Positions 24,792 to 38,200 of a DNA stretch of 64,000 nt are shown here, one piece after another. How positions within the stretch are numbered: the first letter of the stretch is position 1; the number at the start of each line of letters is the position of its first letter. The stretch covers positions 293,472-357,471 of the forward strand of contig NW_004797521.1 in assembly GCF_000002075.1 (NCBI RefSeq). Reading direction: 5' to 3'. Under the pieces are notes generated by a model. It had not been told where the DNA came from. It made no database searches and saw nothing but the letters and a program-made list of their open reading frames with translations. Origin of the DNA: Aplysia californica (taxonomy: Eukaryota). A program made the translations under genes and the position numbers.

Positions 24792-27700
24792 GTTTTATTG
24801 GTTCATTTATACTTTTAGCAATTGTTTGCTTGGCTTAATTGGTTCCATTTTCTTTTTTCATCTCCTACTGTTTTGCTCTCTGTCTCTTTTGTGAGTGTTC
24901 ATGTGGTGCCTTCTTTTAGCCTATTATTGGTACCCCACACCTTTGTCTATCCACTGAGGAGATGTCCTCTCTCTTCCTTTTTATTTGCCTTCTATGATAA
25001 TTTTTTATCTAAAAAGTTTGTCTTTCATTTGATGTTTCCAAGGTTATTTAGTTTTTCAGTCTATTTATTTGGCCTGTTAGGTAATATTTTGATACGCTTA
25101 ACCTTTGGAGTATTTACTCCTGACGTTGCCAGTTTTTGCTGTCGATAGTGGTCTCAGTATCTTTTTTTACCATTCATTTCAAGATTTTTTTTGGCTTGTG
25201 CCCAGTATTCAAGTTGCAGATACTGCATTCTTCAATTTGACTGTCCATGGTGCTCTTAATATTCTTTCATTTCAACACTTTTTGGGTTATTTTATTACAG
25301 TTCAAGTAAACAATGAGCCTTTTCCCCCCATTAATTTCCTTGGTTTGTGCTCTATATTTAAGTGGCAAATCCAGAAATGGCTGTAGGGATGATGTATATC
25401 TTAATTATAGATCCTGCCTTTGTGGGCCTGTCAATGTCTTCCAACTTACCTTTGATTTCGTCATTATTATACTTTTTCTTCTCTTTCCTTGTTGACTAAG
25501 ATTTTTTTTAAAGACATTTGAAGGTTTATGTACAGTAGCTCTGAATTTTAGGTTCTATTTTATTGCAGTTCAAGTAAACAATGGGCCTTCCCCCCCCCCC
25601 CTCCCCCCCTCTCCCCCTTTAATTTTCTTGAATAGACGAAAAACTTTTCAACTGCATAATTCTTCCAGTTCCAGTTGACTCTCCATATCACAATAATTCC
25701 CTTTAATAAGTACAGTGAAATTATTTCTCTCTTCATGTTAATTCATTTTTAACAAATATATTCCAGATGGACGATATCCTCAACGTGCGACTAGGAATAG
25801 TTTTGTCAATCGGTTCAAGAGTTCTGTCTCACGGCTGCGTAGAAAATCAACCTTGAGGACAAAACTGATCTCAGACGATGATGGAGAAGAAAACAATGGA
25901 GAAACTCTAGAAGAAGAAGGTAAGAGGCTTTTTTTCTAAAAAATAATCAGTAGACATTAAAGAACTTATTTGGTATATTTTCCTGGCCTAGTGCTGCTTA
26001 AAACAGTTTTTAGGCTAAATGTGGACTTCTGAATTATTTCCTGCTTTTTCTAACTTTTTGTTAATCATTTCGCTAAGATTTTCTATTTCGACACTTAAAC
26101 TCACTGAAAAATGAAATGATCTCCAGCACTCCATAATTTTTTCCCTTTATTGCCCTCTCTATTAATTCTCTCATTATAAATTATCAATGTTTTAATTAAA
26201 TTATTTTGCAGGAGTTCAGTTACAGTTATTCTGTCAATGTAAATCCTTTCTAACCTTCTTAGCAGATGGTTAGGGAGCACTAGGATGTTGTTTACTCCTT
26301 TTGAATGTATTTCAATGTTTCTGTATGTATTGTCCTGAGTTACTTCTGATCAAATATTGCACTACTCTGTTGACTTGCAGTAAACTACAAATACTTAAAT
26401 GGATAGTGCTAACACTCATAAATATGTGGCATCAATGAGAGTTAGATCATGAATTAGAATCCTATCAGAGGCACAACTTTGTGTCCTTTGGAAAAGCTGT
26501 TTACAAAAATTTTTCTCACTCTATGCTACCGAAGTGTGAATGTGAGAATGGGTACCTCGCTATAGATAGTAAAAGATCTTGTCAGTTTGTTCGTGTAATT
26601 AGTGCATGTAATCCGCACATATAGCACTGTGTGCTTCACAGGAAGCTGAGAATGTTTTTGAGTTATGTTTTAGGGTCTTCTGGGGTAAAAATAGTTGTAA
26701 AGCACATTGAACATGCGGTACAAAGAGTGTGGATATGTGCTCATTATTATTGTAAATTTTAAAAATATTCCTTTTCCAGGTCTAGGTGCCGAAAGTTCTG
26801 AGGGCAGCTTTGGTCAAAAGGAGACCCAAACATGTGGCAAGCTCCTCATAGTACAACAGCTGATGGCTCTGATCATCAAACGTTTCCATCATGTGAGGCG
26901 CAGCAAGAAAAGCTTCATCTGTGAGGTGAGCTTTGTAACGTTTGCATCACACGTTGCTTCTAGCATAAGAAAACTGAGTGATTCCTAAATGTTTTTGCTA
27001 ACCGTGTAAAGCAGGGTTGAACTGAGTTTAGCATTAGTATTACAGCAACAACATGTATTGCGGTTACTTGGCCTTTACCTGTGGTGAGTATTCAAAACTT
27101 TTTTAGCTGTTCAACTTCACCAGCCTGATTTGACGTTTCTCCTTAGAAGATGGTTAACAGATGTTCTTATAGGGTCTTCTCTTTCTGTTTTGTATACTTC
27201 ATGAGTATACTCTTTTTATTTGTTCTAAGGGTTGCAATCCAACCAGCCCTAGAAAAGTGGAGCTGTTGTTGCACTAACTCCCAGTAAATAACAACTCGGT
27301 CATTTTCGCTCTTCCCTATTATTATTACAATGATCATCATCATCATATTATTATTAATAAACATTAAAAGGGAATTTGTCTTGTTGAAAACTAGATTTTG
27401 CTGGTTCAAGATCTTTGTCATCCCTGGGTGTTTCTTGTGCTGATAAGAAGGATAAAAACCTGGCTCTGGATAGCAGATGCTATTTCATATATCTTTTTTA
27501 GCAATTATCAACTATTGCAATAATTTTCAAAGAGTTTAGAGTCATAGCCTGGGAGTTTGGTCATTGGGGCTACTTTCTGTTGTTATAAGATCAAAACTGG
27601 TTTTGAGCATTGCTGTGTTATTTGTTCTCTTTTACACTAGAATCTATTCATTCAACTTTGGGACAGATTTGAAGAAAAAAAAAGACTGCGTTATTGACCT

Positions 27701-29807
27701 TCATTAAAATTTGTCATACTATGGCATATATGTAAGAGAATATGTAAATCAGACAAAATGTCAGATAAACAATATTCAGATAATTACAAAGGAAGTACTG
27801 TAATTAATAAATCAGTAAATTCTTTCGGCACATACGTACACCCTGCAGGTTTGTAATTTAGCTGTTACCGCTTTCTTTCCATTATAACATGGGTTTTGTG
27901 ACCCATCTGTTTCAGATTCTACTTCCAGCTGCCTTCATTTGTCTGGCAATGGTGGCCTCATTGGTCATCCCTCCATTCTCTGAGGATGACCCTCTAGAGC
28001 TGCAGCCATGGATGTATGAACCTTCTACTGGCAGCTCTTCCCTCTACTCCTTCTACAAGTTGGTATTTTTTTTCTTCTGTTTTTCTGGTAGTTACTCTAT
28101 ATTTGTGGTTCACAGAGACTGAGAATGTGTTTGAGTCAGTGTATGTTTGAGAGAATGTGTGTAATGTGTTTGTGTAGGCCTATTGTGTGTTTTTGATTAA
28201 ATGAATTGAAATGTATTTATCTATTTATGTTTTGTGATTGTGTGGCTAAAGGGTATCTAAGGGAGGTTGTTTAGCCTACTTTTTTATATCCCTCTTTCAG
28301 TTTTTGGGTTTTTTTCATTTTCTTTTCATCATTATGTCGGTTTAACGCTTTGCAAAATGTGTCACATTTTTTCAAATGTCCAACCCTAACCCCAAAAGTC
28401 ATATTCAGTCTTTGATTTGTTTCAGTGTACTTTATGAATACATTATCCTATCTATTTTTCTTTTAATCTCTCCCTAGTAATGTAAATGCTAGTGACCCTG
28501 TTGGTGCAAATCTAGTGAACTCGATGCTGAATATGCCCTACTATGGCACCCGTTGTATGAACCCATCAAAGCATTCTATCAGGTCTGTATGCTAGAAATA
28601 TTTTAGATAAACCTCTGTAATGTTATATTTTATTCTTTTCTATTGTATTTAAATTCTTTGGGCTTCTACTGATATGTAGGTAGAGAAAATTGAGAACCAT
28701 TGGTTTATTTGAACTTCTGTATGATCTAAAAGAGGCATGTAAAGCAAGAATGAATTTATTTGGTATGTACAAACATATCCCCCACCCCCATCCCTCATCC
28801 TTTCAGTCGTCTTGAAATATATTGTAAACAGAGTCAGATTTGGTGGATGCAGTCTAAATTAGTTTGAGGAAGTCACATTTTTATCGTCAAACCTGCTCTA
28901 ATGACCAACTAATCTAGATAGTCATCTATACAAATGACCACTTCTTACTTCCCTTTGCATTTATTTACATTATAAGGACACTGTTCAAGACAACCACCTA
29001 TCTAAGACAACCCTTGACAACAGGTGTCCGATTTGGATCATTTCGGCTGTATTTTATAAAACTGCAGATTCCATTTTATTGATGCTTTGAAACTGTGCTT
29101 TGCCTTGCAGCCACAAGCCTTGTCTGCCTCCTCTCACTTATGCATGGAGCAAACGATACCTTTCACAGGACTTGTCAAATAGTTCTCAGTGCTCATGTGC
29201 TACAGGTGGTCAGGTCTGTACTCAAGGTCAGTACACACATATTGATGGTCTTATTCTCTTTACTGTGTAACAGGAAGAAAGAAATAAGTCAATTTTTTTT
29301 TGTTCCAAACCATTACCAAGGTTGATCTGCAGGTCATCAGTAAAAATTGGAAGTTGGCATGGACAATTAGTAGTATAAAAATACTGTTGGTTTCCCTTTT
29401 GTGTCTTCTCTTGTTATTAGAATGAGAAGGAATATATTTACTTGTTGAAAAATGTTCGCTAGTTCCTTGTCTTTCTCAAAGTGTCTCTTTTTAACTCTTT
29501 CCCCCTCCTCTTCTCGTTATACCTATCAGAAATGGGAGAGACAAACTGAGTTTTTGTCTACCTTTCTCCACTTGTTCCCAATAATTGATTTTCAGTTGTT
29601 AATTACATTGCTTTTTTTTTTTCTTTCTCTTGATTTCTCAATACCATATGTTTAGGGTTTTTTTTTAATTTGCCTTGTTTTCCTTTTATATTTTTCTCTT
29701 TGCATTTTTACTCTCTTTCTTATCAAAGTTATTTTCTTAAAATCCAGGATATGTATAAGGTTCTTTGTTGACCCCTTGTAGATCTAATGATAATTTATGT
29801 GTGTGCA

Positions 29808-29883
<76 letters not shown>

Positions 29884-32004
29884 GATGTTTGCCTGTGTGT
29901 GTATGCATTTAACATGCTGAAACAGATTTCACTTAGGGGAGATCAGTAAAATGTTGTCTTATCTTATCACATGGCATCACATCACATCACATCATATCAC
30001 ATTTCATCACATCCTTCTTATTTTATTCTTGTCTTGTCTTGTTTCGTCTTGTCTTGTCTTATCTATGTCAACAAAACTTTGTGTACCATGCAGATTTTGA
30101 AGAGGAGCATCCTTCAATGAAGAAGCTGAGAACCAACGACTTGTTTTGGAACATGACAGGAGAGGATTTACCAGGTTGGCTTGTCAGAACCAGACATCTA
30201 TATGAACAGAGAAGGTTAGTTGTGATTTATTGTTTGGAGTTTTGTGGGGAATGGGTTAGATCTTTAGAGGAAAAAAATATAGTGACTGATAATTTAATGC
30301 TTTTGGTATTGTTCTTTTTGTTTGTTTTTATTTGTTGTTATTATTATCATCGTTATTCAATGTTGTTGATACCTGGTCCTTTATTGGCTAATCTACCTGA
30401 CATGACTGGTGTACCTGAGTTCTCTTGGGTAGACTGCTAGATTTACATCACTTCATGCCTGGTGTGAGGATACTGCATAGAAGGAAAGGCTACAGGTAGC
30501 ACATGCCCAGGCATGCCGTTTGATTCATAGAGTTAGCATCTATGGAACTGATCACTTTTTTAAACCAATGCTAGTAGATACATTTTTCTGTTGAACACTG
30601 TAGTCAGATTAAACTAAGCATGCTGCTTCCAGTGCCTTTTTTCTACAATGTAATAACAAAGACACAGAAAAAAGCTTCTGTATTTCCAGTTCTCAAAAAT
30701 GTATCTGTGTAGAATCTTGAGTATTGTTTTGTTGTTTTTTTTCTTCATGTTAAATGTGTTTTTTTCATGACGTTAGCTTTGGAGGCTTCACCATGGGGGA
30801 GAGAAACAGACTGGCGGTACTGAGCGAGAAAGAGATCAAAGATGTTTTGGACCAACTTGCTGAGTCGGCCGAGGGACAGCTTGATGGTGTCAAATCTTCA
30901 GATGACTATTGGAGACAGCTGGAGCTAGTTTTGAAAGGGGGATACACATCTAGTAGTGTGAAGGTGAGATTTTGAGTTAAAAGGAAAAATATTGCATGTT
31001 GGTTGCTTCCTGAAGACTGCCCAGCTATGTTTCGAAAGAGATTTTGTGAAAATGAATAACAAGTACCAGAAGAAACTTGATGCACAGTTTGAAAAAAAAA
31101 AATCTTTTTACTCCCTTTTCTTCATCTTCTGAAAAATTAAGAGAGAGGAGGTAAAGCATTCACCAGCACAGCTTTATGGTTTAATTTGTTGAGTCTTTGC
31201 ACCCACATCAACCCCCCAGCCCCCCATCAAACCTCCCCAACCCCACAGTTCACATGTTATTGTATAGACAACACAGCAATGATGGGAATGTAGCCTCTGG
31301 TTCCTTTTATGTGAACATACTAGTATGTTATGCATATGAGAAGTTTTGATTTTTAAGATTTAAAGACAAATTGGGGCAGAAGAGCAGGAAAAATGGCTGA
31401 TGTTCAGGTACACCAGTGATAGTGCTGACACATACTAGTTTGTATTCCATACACTTTGAAGTCCACTTAAACTGAACATAATCAATCTGAAAACAGTGGT
31501 AAACGGAAAGAACATGAAATTCTTGATTTTTTTTCTTCTGTTTAAGCAAACTCTCTAAATTGAAAACTTTGCTAAACTGATGTAACTTCAGCAGTCCTGC
31601 AGATTTCTGTTAAAGCAAAATCCACTGTATTATTATAATATTCTGCCTGATGATACTGTTGGATAGTGATATTGCTGTGTATGGCTTCTTTATTATATCA
31701 ATGTTGTTTTTGTCTGTCCATCTTATTTTTCACTGCCATTAAATGATCATTAACTTGTCACTCAAACGAATGATGTTCTACTTTGTTGACCCAGGTATGG
31801 TACAGTAACCGTGGTTTCATGTCTCCGCTGGCCTACCTGAATGCTATGAACAATGTCATCTTGAGAAGTCGACTTCCAGCAGGCTCCAATCCCCTGGACT
31901 ACGGCATTGTCACTACCAATCATCCCTTCAAGTTTACACGAGAACAGTTCAACGGGCAAGGAGTGTAAGTGGTACAATTGTTCAGTACTTTCAAAATCGT
32001 AGAG

Positions 32005-32048
<44 letters not shown>

Positions 32049-32240
32049 NNNNNNNNNNNNNNNNNNNNNNNNNNNNNNNNNNNNNNNNNNNNNNNNNNNN
32101 NNNNNNNNNNNNNNNNNNNNNNNNNNNNNNNNNNNNNNNNNNNNNNNNNNNNNNNNNNNNNNNNNNNNNNNNNNNNNNNNNNNNNNNNNNNNNNNNNNNN
32201 NNNNNNNNNNNNNNNNNNNNNNNNNNNNNNNNNNNNNNNN

Positions 32241-32272
<32 letters not shown>

Positions 32273-35200
32273 TCTCAAATTATGACGGTGGCTTGAGTGA
32301 TTCGCACAAACAACATCATGAAATGCTTACATTTGCTGACCTTACACCTTACAAGAAAGATAAGCTTATGTGGCATTGTTGGTAGGTTATCAGGCCTTTG
32401 GCTTAAAGTTTGTGTATTTCAGTCCTCTCTTTATGTTGGGTCAAACATTGGATTATGATTAGGTCATTTTTAATAGCTGTTCCTACTTCCAGACAAGTAT
32501 ATTGAATTTTTAACAGATTAGAGTCTTATTCTATCGAGGATGTGTTCTGGTATTACTCAGTCTTATTTTATCCAATGGAGATGCGGGGACAATTTCTTGT
32601 TCTATGCCCCTCGTGTGATATGCAACTTCTTCCCTCCTACAACTCGGACAGCAGCCTGTTCTGTGATAGATAACAGCTCATTATGGTCTACTTCATCTGC
32701 AGTATAAAATTATGCCAGAGGGTTTTGTTTTTCAGTCACAGTTGAACCTGCTCTAAAGGCCACCAGTCCAAAACAACCACCTGTACAAATGGCTAACTAC
32801 TTCTTTTCCCATTTCCTTAAAAATAATTGTTCCCTGATTTGCTTGAGGACAGGCTAAAGAGGAAAGTTTAAAGATTTTTTGATTGACAGCAGCAACAATT
32901 AATCTTTTGACAGGTACCAGAGTGGCATTGTTGACCTGGTGGTCGCAGTCTGCGTCATCTTTGCCATGTCCTTCATCCCTGCCAGTTTTGTCATCTTCCT
33001 CATAGAAGAGCGTGTGTCAAAGAGCAAACATCTGCAGATGCTGTCAGGTGTCAATCCCATGACCTATTGGCTGGGCAACTGGATATGGGATATGGTGAGT
33101 TAATTCTCTCTCTTTCACTCTCTCCCTTTCCCTCTCCCCCCTCTCCCTNNNNNNNNNNNNNNNNNNNNNNNNNNNNNNNNNNNNNNNNNNNNNNNNNNNN
33201 NNNNNNNNNNNNNNNNNNNNNNNNNNNNNNNNNNNNNNNNNNNNNNNNNNNNNNNNNNNNNNNNNNNNNNNNNNNNNNNNNNNNNNNNNNNNNNNNNNNN
33301 NNNNNNNNNNNNNNNNNNNNNNNNNNNNNNNNNNNNNNNNNNNNNNNNNNNNNNNNNNNNNNNNNNNTCTCTCTCTCTCTCTTTCTCTCTCTCTATCTCT
33401 CTCTCTCTATCTCTCTCTCTCTCTCATATAAAGCTCAAGTGCATTCATTTACAAAGACTTCGACATCAAATGACTTTTCGGCAATTGCTGAAAGCAGGTC
33501 TCTTTTATCAGGAGTTCATTCATTAGATGAAGAACTGTTAAAGTAGGTTCACTTGTTTTGATTTAATTACCCATTTAGTGACGTTTTTGTCTTTTTTAGA
33601 TTTTGTACCGAAGAAGGGGCCCGGCATAGTGAGTCCCCCTCCACGGAGATAAAGAGTTAAATGTTCAGTGGATATTTTTCGAGTGCCTTTTTATGACTTT
33701 TGGTATGAAGTGAATAAAAGTTTCTAGGGTTTCTTCACATATGTATCACTGCAAGTTTAGGTTATAGAGGGACTTTATTTTCAGTTCTTGTTGAGTCAGA
33801 AATTTCAGTAATTTGTATGTTTATTTTTTTCTACATTTACTATGGTGCTGGAAAGAATTACCTTTCTTATTCTTTTTCTTTTTTTCTTTTTCATCCTCTA
33901 TTGTCGTTGCTTGTTCAAACTTTCAACACCGTCAGGTTTTGTACAAAATAGTGTCTTGCAAGGTATATTTTCTTTTGTTTTGTGAGATTTCGTAACATCA
34001 AAAATTAAATGTCTCCCTCTTTACAGCTCAACTATGCCATCCCAGCTGTACTCTGCTTACTCATCTTTGTGGCTTTTGACAAGGAAACGTATGTGTCCGA
34101 TAAAAACTTGCCTTGCCTTGTGGCCCTCCTGTTCCTGTACGGGTAAGACCAAAGTCTAATGATTTTGCATGTTATATTTGTTTAAGATTCTGTAACATCC
34201 AGACTTGTACCCTTCTGCTTGATGCTTTGTTATCGCAAACAATAAAAATACAAATGATCAGCGCAGTTTCACAAGCGTCTGAGCCATTTTTTGAAGTGTT
34301 GAGAAAATTAAAGATAAAGAGAGCAACCTAACCAGAATCATGACTTGGGCAATCGTTATTTTTTAATTAAAAACCAGGAACAAAATATTGAAACAGAAGA
34401 AAGTTTTAATTGTAATATTCCCCTTGATGTCTTTTTTCAAATAATGGATTTTTCTAGAAACCCCCAGAGGGTTGAGCGATTATGGAGGAGGATATCATGA
34501 GGTGGTTTTCTGATAAAAAACGACTTGTGTCTGACTATAAAGGATGGCTGAACAGTTTGTAGTCACTTGTTAAGGGGTATCAGGATTGTGGTGGATGAGT
34601 GCCATTGATGCATGTTGTTGCTTTTTGATTTGTTAAGATTTTTTGAGGCAATTAGTAGTGTTGGAAGAAAGTCATGTGGTCTATATCATGGGGCAATTTC
34701 TGGTTAACTATTATGATGGTATTTGCATTATGGGCTGAAAGCTAGATGTTGTGATTAATACATGTGGAGTTGTAAAATCTCTGGAGACAAGGGGTGCCTT
34801 CGTAGTTTGGATACTTGTGAACATAGTGCTTTCCTGTACTAACTACATTTTTCTGATCATGATATAAATCGCTTTGATAGCACTGAATTCCAGTCGCAAA
34901 AAATGGGAGTAAGTACAAAATTAAATGGAGATTTCACGGAACATGGATATCAGTCATTATAATTTTGAGCTCAAATTGGAGATTTTCTTCAACAGCCTTG
35001 ACAGCTGTTACAAAAGCACCTGAAAGGTGGAAACATTGAAGTTGAAGATAGCTCTCAGCTCGCAATGTGTTGATTGGGTTGTCGGGTCTCTATAAACAAG
35101 TTGTGCCTTTGAAACTTGACTACTTGAATAATAGGCACACTCCACCCATAAAGTCTCTCATTCAATGTCTACAAGTACCATATCCTGGAACCTCACTTTA

Positions 35201-38200
35201 GCAAACAGACAAAATCTTGTGAGGGAGTAATATTTATACACCATCACTAGGCAAGCAACCTCCACGATACAGGTTACTGATCAGGGCTAAAAAAGTTAAT
35301 TAAGGGTTTAATGGCTACTTGTTCATATCTGAGGTGATCCATCAAAATGGAAAAATATTTGCTGTGGGTTGGTGTGGAGCAGAATGGGCTCTGCGAAGAC
35401 ATACCACACTGAAGACAATAAAAGAAAATGTAGGTTCAGTTAGCAATCGGGACACAACACATGAAAATCTGGTAACTTGAATGAAAAGATGCAAAAGGAA
35501 ATTTTTGGACATAAACTGACTTCAGAACTGACCAAGACATTCTAGTAAGGCCCAGTTCAAGGAAAAAGATGGAGAGGCAGACTGTACAGATATAAGAATT
35601 GAAAGGCTACAGTTGACTGGTCTTGATCTGTACACACCAACGACTGTTTCTCTTTTTATTCCTGTACCTGAGTAACAATCAACTACTCTTGCAGAAACTT
35701 CCCCCTGTGTGTAACTGAATATGTGCACCAATTTTACTATGAATTGTTTAATGTGACTTTCCTTTACTTTATTGCTCTGACTTTATCGTCTCTATTTGCT
35801 TTCTGTCTGTCCCCTCTTTCTTCCTAACTCTGACTAGACCGAGTGTTTTTCTTTCCAAATTGCCAATATAGTTGAGTGCCTGACTCATATAACATAATTT
35901 TGACATCTCGGCAGATGGGCCATGATCCCAATGATGTACCCGTTCTCTCATCTGTTCTCTGTGCCGAGCTCTGCCTTTGTGCTACTGTCCTGCATGAATG
36001 TCTTCCTGGGAAGCATCTCCACACTAGCTACTTTTGTCCTGGACACTATGGCCTCCTCGGTGAGTACACCAACACCTGCACCAGCTGAGACACAATCCCA
36101 TTGTGAACCTACTTATTTATATGATTGTAACGTCTGGCCCAATTAAAATATGCAGGTATGCAAACATCTTAATTTATTTCCNNNNNNNNNNNNNNNNNNN
36201 NNNNNNNNNNNNNNNNNNNNNNNNNNNNNNNNNNNNNNNNNNNNNNNNNNNNNNNNNNNNNNNNNNNNNNNNNNNNNNNNNNNNNNNNNNNNNNNNNNNN
36301 NNNNNNNNNNNNNNNNNNNNNNNNNNNNNNNNNNNNNNNNNNNNNNCATACTCCACATCCACAGAGTTTGCAAGAGACCAACGCGGTGCTGAAGAAAATT
36401 TTCCTAGTCTTCCCTCACTATTGTTTGGGCCGGGGTCTAATGGACATGGCATACTATCAGCTGCAGTCAAATGTTATCTCAAGATATGGTGAGTAAACTG
36501 ATTGTTCCTCAGTGAATGTTTTGTTATTTAGGTCATGACTTTGATTCTTCTTATTATAACTAACTGCCAAAAACTGAAATTTGTTAATTTTCAACATAAT
36601 TGAAACTTTTACTGTCTGGTGGCTTTTCAGCTCAGAGAAATTTTGCATTTGAACCAGAGAGATGCAAAGTCTAGCCATTTAAAGACTTATGATGTTGAAT
36701 TGATTGTCCAATGGAGATAACTGCTACGTTCCCCTAACTTTTTTCATTTAATACAGTAAATGTTTCATCAATAAAGGGAACAAAGAGATTTAATTTGTGT
36801 AGCAGTTGATGGCACTCCAAATGGAGTACCCAATAATGCATATATACTCATAAGTTATACATTTTCAGTTTAAACAGACTTCATTTAAGAAGAAAACTAA
36901 AATTTTCTATCCTTATAACCTATCAACCATCTTCTTCTGAACAGGTGAAACACTGGAATACAGCTTGTTTGAGTGGAACATCGCAGGAAGAAATATTTTC
37001 GCTCTAGTCCTGCTAGGTTTTGTGTTCAACTTTATCAACTTGGCTATAGAGTACAGAGGACAAATAAAAGCCTTGTGAGTATTTCTCCTTTTTGTTGTAA
37101 GGAGTTTTTTTATTCGACTTTTTCAAAAAAGTACATTTGTGTATTTAATTTAGCTTGTTTCCCCTTGTAATCTTATTTTTAAGAATGCAAATTAGGCAGA
37201 ATGTATAAGTAAGGTGGTGGGTGGTTGGCGGGTGCTCTAGTGTGGTCTGCTCCTTCTTTCCTATCAAACATCTATTATCCTTATCTCTCCTTTTTTGTGT
37301 TTGTTACTCTCTTGTACCAGCTGCAGTCTTCAGCCCTTATATGATATTATTGTGTTGCAATTGCTGTAAAACACTTACTAAAACAAGTAAGGTGATGAGA
37401 TCATGTTGATTCCATCTCAAATTGATCACTGGGGCTTTTTTACCTTAACATTCACAAAATCTATGTAAAGAATACCATTGAAAGGTATGAGACTTTACAG
37501 CATTTTTTTTTCAAATAGAAATATAATAGGTATGATCAGTGCTGACTAACATTGTCTGTTTAAATTCCTTTCTCAGTTCATTTGTTAAAATCTCACTTTG
37601 AACTGGAGGAATGCACAACTATGAAAGAAATATGCACATTAGCTCAGAACCTAGTCCTAGCTTTGATACTTTTATAGCAGAATATGAATTGTTTGTCAAG
37701 TGTCTGGAACATTTGTTTAGGGATACCTTTTAAATAGAGTTTTATTGTGTGATTTGATTCAACTTTATCTAGCAGGTTTCTTTGCAAATTTTTTTTCGGC
37801 TTTTAGTGACATATAATGTAACAGCATTCTACTTCTTTTAATGTATCCCAACCTTCAATTTTGGCTATTGAAAATGCTTTTTGGTGTGTTAGTCTGAAGC
37901 AAAACTTGCAGTATATGACGAGTTTCTGTGTGGTAAAAATGTTGTAGTGCACTACAAGCTGATGTGTTATAATGTTAAAAAGAAACATGCGGCAAAAGTA
38001 TATATTATTGCCCTGTAAACTACATCAATTTTATACATCTGTCTTGCAGAGTGAAACGTAAACCAATCCTTAAAAGAGGGCGTCAACACCTGGACATTGA
38101 CGTGATGCGGGAGAAGGAGAGAGTTGTGTCAGGGGCTGCAGCCTCAGACATGCTCCGACTACAGGGACTGACAAAGGTAAGACTTAAACTCTGCCTGCCT

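Noticed and set aside
24602-25495. Hydrophobic ORFs in the track resembling membrane proteins
   Set aside because: Artefacts of T-rich intron sequence and (ATT)n repeats; no splice or homology support.
31010-31040. CTGAAGA..GAAA hammerhead-like words
   Set aside because: Stem II cannot close (C opposite C) and no stem I/III pairing was found; at most a decayed relic.
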